Position numbers and translations under genes: made by a program. From assembly GCA_963707215.1 (NCBI GenBank), contig CAVPPB010000002.1, forward strand, positions 64,001-128,000: DNA of 64,000 nucleotides. Reading direction: 5' to 3'. Shown here piece after piece: positions 1 through 11,014 of this stretch. Source of the stretch: an uncultured Chloroflexia bacterium (GTDB lineage Bacteria; Chloroflexota; Limnocylindria; Limnocylindrales; CSP1-4). A model generated the notes under the pieces. It saw nothing but the letters and a program-made list of their open reading frames with translations. It made no database searches and had not been told where the DNA came from. The first letter of the stretch is position 1; each line of letters opens with the position of its first letter.

Positions 1-187
1 CCGTGGAGGCGCTGGCGAGGACAGCGTCGGGGGTCTGGTGCTCCATGCCGGCCGCGCGTGCCACGAGTCGGGCCCGGACCATGCGCGCGGCAGACGGGTC
101 GGGCCGCAGACGCCTCTCGGCGTACAGCTCGAGCAGCTCCTCGACCTCCCGGTCGTCAGGGATGCGGTCGCCCGCTCCGTCGTTCAT
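1..187 (-). CDS. 5' part of a gene running off the window; probable anti-sigma or sigma-associated protein
   Basis: ATG at 187 overlaps the sigma-factor stop (ATGA); open frame MNDGAGDRIPDDREVEELLELYAERRL... to the window edge. Function inferred from position only. Confidence 0.5.
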   Translation of the reverse strand, partial: MNDGAGDRIPDDREVEELLELYAERRLRPDPSAARMVRARLVARAAGMEHQTPDAVLASAST

Positions 188-780
188 CGCTCGCCCGTCC
201 GTTCGATCCCGCCGCCCGGCTCCTCGCCGGTCGGCACGTCCAGCCCCAGTCGCCGCCGTAGGGCGGCGATCCCCCGGAACTGCAACCCCCGGATCGTCCC
301 TTCCTGCTTGCCCATCGCGACCGCGGCCTCCCGGGCCGAGAGGCCCGCGAAGAACCGCAGGGCGATGGCGTCGCGCTGCTCGTCCGTCAACTCGGTGAGC
401 GCTCGGGCCACGTCGTCGAGCGCCTCACGCATCGCCGCGATGTCGTCCGGCCCGTCATCGTCGCCGGGCCGTTCGGCCAGCGCCTCCAGGTCGACGTGGT
501 CACGCCTGGTGCGCGCGTGGTCGATGATCGTGTTCCTGGCCAGCCGGAACAGCCAGCCCCCGAAGGGAGCGCCGCGAGCCTCGTAGCGTGGCAGCGCCTC
601 CAGGGCCTTGACGAAGACGAGCTGCGTCAGGTCCTCCGCGTCCGCCGGGCGTCCGACGCGGCTGGCGACGAAGCGATAGAGGGGGTCGTGGTAGTGGTCG
701 AAGATCCTGCCGAACGCCTCGGCGTCGCCAGCCTGCGCCTGCTCCACGAGCCGCTGGATCGCGGCGTCGTCGATGGACAT
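184..780 (-). CDS. ECF-family RNA polymerase sigma-70 factor
   Basis: AQAGDAEAFGRIFDHY, region 2 (DAEDLTQLVFVKA, FGGWLFRLARNTIID) and region 4 HTH (LTDEQRDAIALRFFAGLSAREAAVAMGKQEGTIRGLQFRG). Confidence 0.93.
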   Translation of the reverse strand: MSIDDAAIQRLVEQAQAGDAEAFGRIFDHYHDPLYRFVASRVGRPADAEDLTQLVFVKALEALPRYEARGAPFGGWLFRLARNTIIDHARTRRDHVDLEALAERPGDDDGPDDIAAMREALDDVARALTELTDEQRDAIALRFFAGLSAREAAVAMGKQEGTIRGLQFRGIAALRRRLGLDVPTGEEPGGGIERTGER

Positions 781-801
781 AACGAACCCGCCCCCCCGGC
801 G

Positions 802-1649
802 TTAGGCGTTCCGTGTCGCAAGGGGGAGCCGCACCGACTCGTCCCCGCGGCGGAAGTGGAGTTCTTCGAAGCCGGCCGATGCGGCCAGGCGGTAGCCGTC
901 GCCGAGGAACGCGCCGAAGCTATGGAGCCGGTGGGCATCCGAGCCGATCGTGATCCGCTGGCCCCCGAGCTCGCGGAAGCGAGCCACGGCCCAGGGAGCC
1001 GGGTAGGTCTCGTGGGCCACCTGGCGGAGCCCGCTGGTGTTGATCTCGAGGCCGGTCCCGACCTCCACGAGCGCCTCCAGGATCGGCTCGTACAGCTCGG
1101 GCGCCGACGCCAGCTGTGCCGGCTCCACGTGCGGCACGAGATAGCGCTTCACGAAGTCGAGGTGGCCGAGGGCATCGAACATCCCGCTCCGGGCCGCCGC
1201 CAGGACCTCGCCGAAGTACGGCTCCAGGATCTCGGGGAGGGACCGTCCGGCCACGAAGGCCGCGACCCGCGACGCCTCGTAGGGGGAGCCTGCCATCACG
1301 TGGACCGAGCCGATGACGAAGTCGTACGCGTGCCCGGCGAGGTGCTCCCGGATGTCCCTCTCGTGGCGCGCCTGGTAGGTGATCTCGACCCCGAAGCGGA
1401 TGGCAACACGGTCGGCCCATCGCGCGGCCGCCTCCCGGACGACGTGCTCGCGCTCGGAGAAGGTGGCGAACCCATAGGCCGGGGCGCCCGGCTCGAAGTC
1501 GAGGTGGTCGGTGATGGCCAGCTCGGCGACCCCGCGCTCGATCGCCATGGCCGCATAGACGTCGAGGTCGGCGTCGGCGTCGGGCGACAGCTTGGTGTGG
1601 AGGTGGGCGTCGAGGGGCAGGTCCCGGTCGCCCGGGCGCGAGCCGGCCG

Positions 1650-1653
<4 letters not shown>
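802..1653 (-). CDS. PHP-domain phosphatase, histidinol-phosphatase HisJ/HisK family
   Basis: DAHLHT, AITDH, GVEI, DFVIGSVH, LGHLD, LEINTSG and TIGSDAH metal-binding motifs. Confidence 0.88.
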
Positions 1654-2878
<1,225 letters not shown>

Positions 2879-2879
<1 letters not shown>

Positions 2880-3907
2880 CACGCGCTCCAATCCATGATG
2901 ACCTTGCCGGACTCGCCGGAGCGGGCGGCCGCGAAGGCCGCCTCGAACTCCCTGAACGGGAAGCGGTGGGTGATCGCCGGCCGGATGTCCAGGCCGGACT
3001 GGACCATGACCGTCATCTTGTACCAGGTCTCATACATCTCACGACCGTAGATGCCCTTCAGGGTGAGCATCTTGAAGATGACCTCGTCGAGGTCCAGCGA
3101 GAGCTCCTCGGTCGGGATGCCGAGCTGGGCCAGGCTACCCCCGTGGGCCATGTTGGCGATGGCCGTCCGGATCGCCTCCGACACCCCCGACATCTCGAGG
3201 ACGACGTCGAACCCCTCGACCATCCCCAGCTCGCGCTGGACGTCGCCGAGGTCGGTCTCGCGGGGATCGACCGCGACCGACGCCCCCATGCGCAGGGCCA
3301 GCTCCCGGCGGAAGGGGTTCGGTTCGCTGACCACGACATGGCGCGCTCCGGCGTGACGGACCACCGCCGTCGCCATGAGGCCGATCGGACCGGCGCCCGA
3401 CACGAGGACGTCCTCGCCGAGGACCGGGAAGGCGAGCGCCGTGTGCACCGCGTTCCCGAACGGGTCGAAGATCGCCGCGACCTCCTCGTCGATGCCCGCC
3501 CAGTGGTGCCAGACGTTCGTCATCGGCAGGACCACGAACTCGGCGAAGGCGCCGTCGCGGCCGACGCCCAGACCGATGGAATGAGCGCACAGGTGCCGAC
3601 GACCGGCAAGGCAGTGGCGACAGCGCCCGCAGACCACGTGGCCCTCGCCACTGACCAGGTCGCCTGCCCGGAAGTCGCTGACGTTGGCCCCGACGTCGAC
3701 GATCTCACCGACGAACTCGTGGCCCACGATGAGCGGCGGCTCGATCGTCTTCGCAGCCCAGGGGTCCCAGGCCTCGATGTGGAGGTCGGTCCCGCAGATC
3801 CCCGTCTTGTGAACCTGCACCAGGACGTCGTTGATGCCGATCTCCGGCCGCGGGACCTCCTCGAGCCGGAGGCCGGGCCCTGCGGCCGTCTTCACGAGCG
3901 CGAGCAT
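2879..3907 (-). CDS. tdh: L-threonine 3-dehydrogenase
   Basis: [61 protein letters not shown]. Confidence 0.95.
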
Positions 3908-3927
3908 CAGACCGCCTCCTGTGAACC

Positions 3928-4884
3928 TCAGGCGAGCAGCTCCACGACCGGGTTGCCGACCCGCCCGATCCCCTCCGCCTCCACGACCACGCGGTCGCCC
4001 GGCCCCAGGAAGACCGGCGGGTCGCGGAAGACGCCGACGCCCGCCGGGGTCCCGGTGACCAGGAGGTCGCCGGGCTCGAGGGAGATGACCGCGCTGACGT
4101 ACGCGATCAGCTCGGGGATCCGGAAGATCATGTCGGCGGTCGTGCCGACCTGCATCGGGACCTCGCGTCCGGCATCGGGACCGGACCCCGGGATCCGCCA
4201 GGATCGTAGCGCCAGGCGGTTCGGGTCAGGCAGGTCCTCCGGTGTCACCATGACCGGGCCGATCGGCAGGAAGGTGTCGGAGCCCTTGGCCCGGAGCCAC
4301 TGACCGTCACCGCGCTGCCCGGGCGCCAGCGCCGCCTTGTTGCCCTGCCAGTCGCGGGCGGTGACGTCGTTGCAGACGACGTAGCCGGCGACGTGCTCCA
4401 TCGCTCGTTCGGCGGGGACCCGGCTGGCCGCCCGCCCGATGACGACGCCTAGCTCGACTTCGAGATCGAGCGCCGCCGTTCCGGGCGGTCGGACGATGGG
4501 CTCCCCGTCGCCGACGATGCTGTTGGCGAATTTGGCGAAGAGCGTCGGCCGATCAGGGGCGTCGATGCCCTGCTCCGCGCAGTGGTCGCGGTAGTTGAGG
4601 CCGATGCAGACGATCTTCCCGGCATCTTCGGGTTCGATGGCCGGCCGCGGCGCCCGCTCGGTCGGGTCGATCGGCCTGGCCCCGGCGGCAAGCGCCCGCT
4701 TCACGGCGCGGCGGACGCTGCGCTCCCAGCGCTCGTCGAGGCGGAGGTGCTGGACGAGACCGAGATGGGTCGGCAGCTGCAGCCCACCCCGCTTCTCGAG
4801 CTGGGCGCCGGTCAGCAGCCTGCCGTCGAGGAGGACGCCCCAGCGCGGATCCCCGAAACGGTCGAGGTAGGCGTGGAGGCGCAT
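3928..4884 (-). CDS. fumarylacetoacetate hydrolase family protein
   Basis: [53 protein letters not shown]. Confidence 0.9.
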   Translation of the reverse strand: MRLHAYLDRFGDPRWGVLLDGRLLTGAQLEKRGGLQLPTHLGLVQHLRLDERWERSVRRAVKRALAAGARPIDPTERAPRPAIEPEDAGKIVCIGLNYRDHCAEQGIDAPDRPTLFAKFANSIVGDGEPIVRPPGTAALDLEVELGVVIGRAASRVPAERAMEHVAGYVVCNDVTARDWQGNKAALAPGQRGDGQWLRAKGSDTFLPIGPVMVTPEDLPDPNRLALRSWRIPGSGPDAGREVPMQVGTTADMIFRIPELIAYVSAVISLEPGDLLVTGTPAGVGVFRDPPVFLGPGDRVVVEAEGIGRVGNPVVELLA

Positions 4885-4899
4885 GCGGACCCCCCGTCC

Positions 4900-5646
4900 T
4901 CAGCCCGGGCTCGCCGAGGGCGACGGGCTGGGCGCGCACTGGGGTTCCGGTGCACCCTTCTCGGCCTCGGTGTCGAAGAACTCGAGCATCTCCGCGGTGT
5001 CGAGGTCGTCCTGGTACAGGACGCGACCCCAGAGCAGCGCGGCGTAGTCGTGCGGCATCTCCTCGAACCTGGCGATGACCGGCCCCTGCACCCCGGCGGG
5101 CAGCCCGCAGACCGGGCTGATCGGGAAGCTGGCGAGCATGGCCCGCAGGGCATCTTGCGCAGCCTCGTCGCACGACCCGTCACCACAGCGGTACAGGACG
5201 ACCATGCCGCCATGCTCGAGGTTGTGGATCCAGCCCTGCGGTGGGGCCTGGTCGCCGGGCCCGTAGTAGCGGGCGTCGATCGGCCCCTGGCCGGCGCGGT
5301 TGACGTGGGCGCCGGACGCCGGCGGGCAGTAGGTGTAGCGGACGAACTCACCGGCCTGGACGTGGTCGCGGGCCATGTCGTCCTGGGGCGCCCCGAGCCG
5401 ATCGGGGTCCTGGGCGCCCGCCGGCTGCCACTCGCTGGAGCAGGCATAGGTGGGTGATGAGGCGCCGACGAAGAGGATCGCGCCGACCACGACCACGACC
5501 GCCACGACGGCCGCTCCCAGGAGCAGGGTCCGATAGCGCTCGAAGAAGCTCACCTCGGTGGGGGCTCGTCGATCAGCGCGCCCTGCCCGGCGACCTGACG
5601 GTTTCGGGTCGGTGGCGCCAGCCCGGCGCCGCTCGGTCTTGCTCAC
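4900..5646 (-). CDS. membrane-anchored DUF3105-like protein
   Basis: N-terminal TM helix, then YCPPASGAH and HNLEHGGMVVLYRC motifs typical of DUF3105. Confidence 0.75.
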   Translation of the reverse strand: MSKTERRRAGATDPKPSGRRAGRADRRAPTEVSFFERYRTLLLGAAVVAVVVVVGAILFVGASSPTYACSSEWQPAGAQDPDRLGAPQDDMARDHVQAGEFVRYTYCPPASGAHVNRAGQGPIDARYYGPGDQAPPQGWIHNLEHGGMVVLYRCGDGSCDEAAQDALRAMLASFPISPVCGLPAGVQGPVIARFEEMPHDYAALLWGRVLYQDDLDTAEMLEFFDTEAEKGAPEPQCAPSPSPSASPG

Positions 5647-5805
5647 GCGTTTCCCTCATCGGAAGTGGATCCCCCGCGGAAGACGAGCGTCGCTCGCGGT
5701 GGACAGGACAGCTGCGACCGCGCAGATCGCGGTCGTCGGGGAAGGGTATCGCGGGTGGCCCGATGACGCGAGCGAGGCGCCGGGCGGGCTGGGCCGCTCG
5801 GCCGC

Positions 5806-6177
5806 TCAGGCCTCGCTCAGGTAGGCCCGGACCGACGGTCGGGTCAGGCCCCTGAAGAGGATGACCGCGAGGATCGCGACCGCGATCGCCGGGACCAGGA
5901 GGCCGCCCAGGAGCAGCAGGGGGACGGCTGGCACCGTCAGGGTCGTCAGCCCGAGGGCCAGCGTGCGTGCCGCCTCCTTGCGCTGGAGGACCAGGGTCAC
6001 GGTGAAGATGGTGTAGGCGAGCAGGACCATCACCACGACCCCGGGAAGCGACAGCGGCGCCGAGATGGAGAGGTCGATCACGAAGCGCAGCGACAGGCCG
6101 ATGCTCCCGAGGACGAGCATGGCGTAGCCCAGGAAGATGACGATGCCCGGCGGCATCGCCCGGATCCGCTCGATCAC
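5806..6177 (-). CDS. small integral membrane protein (about 4 TM)
   Basis: 123-aa hydrophobic ORF; CAGAAT lies 6 nt before the GTG, suggesting a leaderless start. Confidence 0.7.
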   Translation of the reverse strand: MIERIRAMPPGIVIFLGYAMLVLGSIGLSLRFVIDLSISAPLSLPGVVVMVLLAYTIFTVTLVLQRKEAARTLALGLTTLTVPAVPLLLLGGLLVPAIAVAILAVILFRGLTRPSVRAYLSEA

Positions 6178-6219
6178 CTGCCGATTCTGCCACGGACGCG
6201 ATGGCTGCCGGACGAGCGC

Positions 6220-6248
6220 TTGACACGATGTCCGAACGTGGGTACGTT
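6220..6248 (+). promoter_or_regulatory. sigma70-type promoter of the lacI-mal operon
   Basis: TTGACA (6220-6225), 17-bp spacer, TACGTT (6243-6248). Confidence 0.8.
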
Positions 6249-6250
6249 TC

Positions 6251-6278
6251 GCTAAACCGGTTTGCTAAACCGGTTTGC
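6251..6278. promoter_or_regulatory. tandem LacI-family operator sites
   Basis: GCTAAACCGGTTT twice in tandem; each contains the palindrome AAACCGGTTT (6254-6263, 6267-6276), just downstream of the -10. Confidence 0.8.
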
Positions 6279-6366
6279 GCGACCTCCGTCCCGGGTCGCG
6301 ACCCCACCGTCCAGGCGTCGACGCAGAGCTGCGGCCTGCCCGACGGCCGGGAACGACGGAGACCGA

Positions 6367-7440
6367 GTGCAGACTCGCCCCACGCGCCCGCGTATCGCCG
6401 ACGTCGCCCGCGAAGCCGGGGTCTCCAAGACCGCCGTCTCCTTCGCCTTCAACAACCCCGACCGGCTCAGCCCGGAGACGGCCAGCCGCATCCGAGAGGT
6501 CGCCGACGGTCTCGGCTACCGACCCCACCCGGTGGCCCGGATGCTGGGCCAGCGACGGACCCAGGCGATCGGCATCCTGACTCCCCAGGCGCTCTCGACG
6601 GCCTTCGCCAACCCGTTCTTCCCAGCCTTCGCCGAGGGCGTCGCCCTGGCGACCGAGGACTCCGGGTACGCCCTCCACTTCATCTCGCCGGAGCATGGCT
6701 CGCTGGCCCAGGCCATGGGCCGGGCGACGGTCGACGGCGTCGTCGCGGTCGGCCTCTCGGCCGAGCATCCAGAGGTCGAGGCGATCGAGCGGTCGGGTGT
6801 GCCCGTCGTGCTCGTCGATTCGGTCCCGATGCCGGCCGTCACTTCCGTGGAGGTGGACGACGAGGGAGGCGCGCAGGCGGCCGCCAGCTACCTTCTCGAC
6901 CTCGGTCATCGCTCGTTCCTGGTGATCGGCGTCGAACCGACCCCGCCGGGACGCGACGTCGAGGCGGACGGCGTCTACGCGCGTCGGCTGCGGGGCTACC
7001 GTTCCGCCCTCGAGCCGGCCGGAGTCGAGCTCCTCGACGAGGCGATCGTCGTCGGACCGGCGACGGTGGACGGGGGGCGGGCGGCATTCCACCGGTCATG
7101 GGAGGACGGTCTCCGACCGACGGCCGTCCTGGCCATGAGCGACGCGATGGCGATCGGCGCGATGCGCGCGTGCCGCGATCTGCGGCTGACCGTTCCGGGT
7201 GACGTCAGCGTCGTCGGCTTCGACGACATCGACCTCGCCCAGCTGACCGATCCCACGCTGACCACGGTCCGCCAGCCGATCCGGCGCAAGGGAGAGGAGG
7301 CCGCGCGCCTCCTCATGTCCCTCATCCAGCGGGAGTCCCGCGAGCCGGCCGAGCATCATCGACTGGAGACCAGGCTCATCGTCCGGGCGTCCACCGGGGC
7401 ACCGGGCAAGGGACTGGAGGTGATCGGGGTCCACGACTGA
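6367..7440 (+). CDS. LacI-family transcriptional regulator
   Basis: RIADVAREAGVSKTAVSFAFN HTH; LGHR, SDAMAIG, VPGDVSVVGFDDI, LTTVRQP; GTG start at 6367 chosen. Confidence 0.93.
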   Translation: MQTRPTRPRIADVAREAGVSKTAVSFAFNNPDRLSPETASRIREVADGLGYRPHPVARMLGQRRTQAIGILTPQALSTAFANPFFPAFAEGVALATEDSGYALHFISPEHGSLAQAMGRATVDGVVAVGLSAEHPEVEAIERSGVPVVLVDSVPMPAVTSVEVDDEGGAQAAASYLLDLGHRSFLVIGVEPTPPGRDVEADGVYARRLRGYRSALEPAGVELLDEAIVVGPATVDGGRAAFHRSWEDGLRPTAVLAMSDAMAIGAMRACRDLRLTVPGDVSVVGFDDIDLAQLTDPTLTTVRQPIRRKGEEAARLLMSLIQRESREPAEHHRLETRLIVRASTGAPGKGLEVIGVHD

Positions 7441-7603
7441 GGTCTTGCGAGGCGAGCTGTCCGCTCGGTGCGGCCGCTCCCAGTCCGCACCGAACGACAT
7501 GGTCCGCCGCGTCGCGGCGACCGAGGCCGGGATCGCCGGCCACCGATCGACAGAGCGACGACCGTTCGGTCGTCGAAGGAACAGCAAGGAGAGATCCACC
7601 ACG

Positions 7604-8851
7604 ATGAAGAAGCATCTGCGCCTCGGCGCCCTGGCCGCCGTCGCGGTCATCGCGCTCGCGGCGTGCTCCAGCGGCGCCACCACGGCGCCGACCACCGCCC
7701 CGTCGGAGGCTCCCGCCAGCTCCGAGCCGGCTCCGTCGCTGGAGCCCGCGGGACTCAGCGGCGAGCTGACCCTCTGGCACGCCTACGGCTCGTCCGGCGG
7801 CAACGCCGAGTTCAAGGCCTTCACCCGGATCATCCAGGGCATCCAAGCCGCCAACCCGGACCTCAAGCTGACCATCCTCGAGGTCCCCTTCAACGACATC
7901 TACAAGAAGTTCGAGACCGAGTCGGCCACCGGCGGCGGCCCCGATCTCTTCATCGCCCCCAACGACAGCCTGGGCTCGCAGGCCCGCGGCAACTTCCTCG
8001 TCAACCTCGACGGCAAGATCGACGACGTCATCGCCAACTCCAGCGACGTCTCGGTCAACGGCAGCAAGGTCGGCGAGAACCTCTTCATGGTCCCCGAGTC
8101 CCTCAAGGCCGTGGCCATGTACTACGACACCGAGATCGTCCCCGAGGCACCGGCCACCACCGACGACCTCCTCACCTACGTGAAGGCGGGCGGCAAGGTC
8201 GGCCTCATCAGCGGCGCCTACTTCGGTTGGGGTTTCTACAGCGCCTTCGGCGGCGACATCTTCGACGAGACGCAGACCACCTGCCAGGCGACCGCCAACA
8301 GCGGCGTCGCCGACGCCCTGGCCTTCGTCAAGGAGCTGAAGGACGCCGGCGCGCTCGTCGACGCCGACTACGGCAAGGTCAACGACGCGTTCCTCAACGG
8401 CGAGATCGACGTCATGCTCAACGGCAACTGGACGCTCGGCGACTACCGCGCCGCCCGCCCCGCCGTTGCGGTGGCTCCGGTCCCGGCCGGCCCCGGTGGC
8501 CCGGCTGCGACCATGGCCGGTGTCGACGGCTGGTACATCAACACCTCGTCGAAGAACGTCGACCTGGCGATCGCCGCGGCTGCCGCGATGGTCTCCCAGG
8601 ACGCCCAGACGATCTACGTCGACGTGGCCGGCCACGTTCCCGCCAACAAGAACATCGAGATCATCGACCCGCTTGTCGCTTCGTTCGCGGAGGCCATCGA
8701 CCAGGGCTACGCCCGGCCGCAGGGTGAGGCGATGAACAACTACTGGGGCAATTTCGACAACGCCTGGAGCCAGGTCCTCACTGCGGACGCCGACCCCGTC
8801 GCCGCCGTCGAGGAGGCCTGCGCGGCCATGGACGCCGCCAACGGCTTCTAG
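7604..8851 (+). CDS. malE: maltose/maltodextrin ABC transporter substrate-binding lipoprotein
   Basis: AAGGAG RBS, lipobox LAAC, LTLWH, GPDLFIAPND, LNGNW; next to permeases and GH13 enzymes. Confidence 0.8.
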   Translation: MKKHLRLGALAAVAVIALAACSSGATTAPTTAPSEAPASSEPAPSLEPAGLSGELTLWHAYGSSGGNAEFKAFTRIIQGIQAANPDLKLTILEVPFNDIYKKFETESATGGGPDLFIAPNDSLGSQARGNFLVNLDGKIDDVIANSSDVSVNGSKVGENLFMVPESLKAVAMYYDTEIVPEAPATTDDLLTYVKAGGKVGLISGAYFGWGFYSAFGGDIFDETQTTCQATANSGVADALAFVKELKDAGALVDADYGKVNDAFLNGEIDVMLNGNWTLGDYRAARPAVAVAPVPAGPGGPAATMAGVDGWYINTSSKNVDLAIAAAAAMVSQDAQTIYVDVAGHVPANKNIEIIDPLVASFAEAIDQGYARPQGEAMNNYWGNFDNAWSQVLTADADPVAAVEEACAAMDAANGF

Positions 8852-8860
8852 TCGCGCACG

Positions 8861-8921
8861 CGCCCGTCACCTGACGGGCGTCGGCGGGGCGGGCGGCCGG
8901 TCGACCGGCCGTCCGCCCCGC
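8861..8921 (+). terminator. two intercistronic stem-loops after the SBP gene
   Basis: CGCCCGTCA-CC-TGACGGGCG (8861-8880) and a 38-nt near-perfect palindrome (8884-8921, one G-U pair); no U-tract. Confidence 0.6.
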
Positions 8922-8983
8922 TACCATCCACGGCACAGCCCGAGGGGTGCCCGAGGCCCGGGGCCTGAGGAGAGGGAGCGCCG

Positions 8984-9994
8984 ATGACCGCTGCGGCAAC
9001 CGAAGCTCAGACGGCGAAGGCGGCGTCGCGCCGCTGGCGCCGAGGCGGATCCGCCTATCTGTACCTGGTGCCCGCGCTCCTGGTCATGGGCGTGATCACG
9101 CTCTACCCCCTGCTGTACCAGGTCTGGATGTCGTTCACCGACTACGGGATCCAGAACCTCCGCTTCGACTCCCCTCCGGCCAACTTCGTGGGCATCGACA
9201 ACTACGTCAACGTCCTGACCAGCCAGCTGGAGATCCCCAACTACTACTTCGTCCGGCTGATCCTGTACAACATGTTCTGGGCCTTCAGCAACGTGGCGAT
9301 CCATGTCGTGCTCGGCGTTGCGATCGCCCTGCTGATGCACACCAAGGGCCTCTGGTTCAAGCGGCTCTACCGCTCGCTGTTCATCCTCCCCGTCGTCATC
9401 CCGCCGCTCATCGTGGCGACGGTCTGGAAGAACATGTACGACGCCAACTACGGCGCCATCAACCAGCTGCTCATGCTCCTCGGCGGCTTTTTCGGGATCG
9501 AGCAGTCCGCCTTCCAGATCGACTGGCTGCGCCAGGTCGAGGACCCCATCCCGTTCATCCCGCTGCCGCTCGCCTTCTTCGCCATGCTCGTCACCAACAC
9601 GTGGCTGGGCTGGCCGCTGAACGCGGTCGTGGCGACCGGGGCGCTCCAGAGCATCCCGAACGAGCTCTACGAGGCGGCCGAGATCGACGGCGCGGGCTCG
9701 TGGCAGAAGTTCCGCAACGTGACGATGGTCTACCTGCGGCCGGCCATGCTGCCATACGCCATCTACGGCTTCGTCATCACCTTCAACCTGTTCCACCTCG
9801 CCTACTTCATGTCGGCCGGAGGTCCGTTCGGCAGGACCGAGCTCCTGGTCACCCAGGCCTACCGCCTGGTCAATGACCAGCAGCTGTACGGGGTCGCGGC
9901 GTCGTTCGCCGTCGTCATGTTCTTCATCCTGCTCACCATCACCCTGATCACCAACCGGATGGCCAGGGCGACGAAGAGCTACGCGGACCTGTGA
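8984..9994 (+). CDS. carbohydrate ABC permease (MalF-like)
   Basis: Multiple TMs; NFVGIDNY; EAA motif LYEAAEIDGAGSWQKFRNVT. Confidence 0.9.
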   Translation: MTAAATEAQTAKAASRRWRRGGSAYLYLVPALLVMGVITLYPLLYQVWMSFTDYGIQNLRFDSPPANFVGIDNYVNVLTSQLEIPNYYFVRLILYNMFWAFSNVAIHVVLGVAIALLMHTKGLWFKRLYRSLFILPVVIPPLIVATVWKNMYDANYGAINQLLMLLGGFFGIEQSAFQIDWLRQVEDPIPFIPLPLAFFAMLVTNTWLGWPLNAVVATGALQSIPNELYEAAEIDGAGSWQKFRNVTMVYLRPAMLPYAIYGFVITFNLFHLAYFMSAGGPFGRTELLVTQAYRLVNDQQLYGVAASFAVVMFFILLTITLITNRMARATKSYADL

Positions 9995-10004
9995 GGGAGA
10001 TGCG

Positions 10005-10985
10005 ATGAGCGCCTACGGAGCCGGCGTCCTCGACGCCATGAGCCGCCGCCGCAACCTTCCCAAGGGCCCACGCTGGCGTCGGCCTGCCCTCTACCGGAGC
10101 CGCCGTGACCAGCCCTCGCTGGTCAAGCAGGCCGGGATGCAGGCGATCGCCATCGGCCTGCTGTTCACCGTGATGTTCCCGATCCTGTGGGTCTTCTCGC
10201 TGTCCCTGGACCCGCTCAACCGCTCGCGCCCCGAAGGCCTGAGCCTCATCCCGACAAACGCGACCCTGGAGTCCTACCGCCAGGCCATCGAGCAGCCCAC
10301 GAACAACCCGATCACCTTCCTGGAGCTGACCGCCAACAGCCTGAAGATCGCCGTCGGCGCGTCGGTCATCAGCGTAGCCATCGGGGTCCTGGCGGCCTAC
10401 GCGTTCTCGCGGCTCAAGTTCCGAGGCCGTGAGGTGCTCATGCTCGCCATTCTCGGCGTGCTCATGCTCCCGGCGGTCGCGACGCTGGCGCCCCTGTTCA
10501 CCCTATTGAACGGGGTCCAGATCAGCCTGCCCATCATCGGCGAGTTCAACCTCAGGAACTCGCTGCTGGGGGTGGGCCTGGCCATCATCTCGGGGCTTCT
10601 GCCGTTCGCGATCTGGAACCTCAAGGGCTACCTCGACACGATCCCCCGCGACCTCGAGGAGGCCGCGGCGGTGGACGGGGCGACCCAGAACCAGACGTTC
10701 CTGCGGATCATCCTGCCCCTGGCGACGCCGGCCCTGGCCGTCACGGCCTTCCTCGGCTTCGTGGCCGGCTGGACGGAGTTCTACTTCTCCTGGATGTTCC
10801 TCAACAAGGTCGAGGACCAGACCCTGGCCATGGCCCTCTACTCGATGCAGGGCCAGTTCACCAACACGCCATGGTCGACGTTCTCGGCCTTCGCGATCAT
10901 GTTCGCCCTGCCTCCGGCGATCGTGTACTTCTTCGCCCAGCGCTACATCACCTCGGGCCTCGCGGTCGGCGCCGTCAAGGGCTGA
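10005..10985 (+). CDS. carbohydrate ABC permease (MalG-like)
   Basis: AAYAFSRLKF, LKGYLDTIPRDLEEAAAVDGA, C-terminal GLAVGAVKG. Confidence 0.9.
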   Translation: MSAYGAGVLDAMSRRRNLPKGPRWRRPALYRSRRDQPSLVKQAGMQAIAIGLLFTVMFPILWVFSLSLDPLNRSRPEGLSLIPTNATLESYRQAIEQPTNNPITFLELTANSLKIAVGASVISVAIGVLAAYAFSRLKFRGREVLMLAILGVLMLPAVATLAPLFTLLNGVQISLPIIGEFNLRNSLLGVGLAIISGLLPFAIWNLKGYLDTIPRDLEEAAAVDGATQNQTFLRIILPLATPALAVTAFLGFVAGWTEFYFSWMFLNKVEDQTLAMALYSMQGQFTNTPWSTFSAFAIMFALPPAIVYFFAQRYITSGLAVGAVKG

Positions 10986-11014
10986 CCCCAGGCCGCCACC
11001 GCCCTGTCCTCGCC

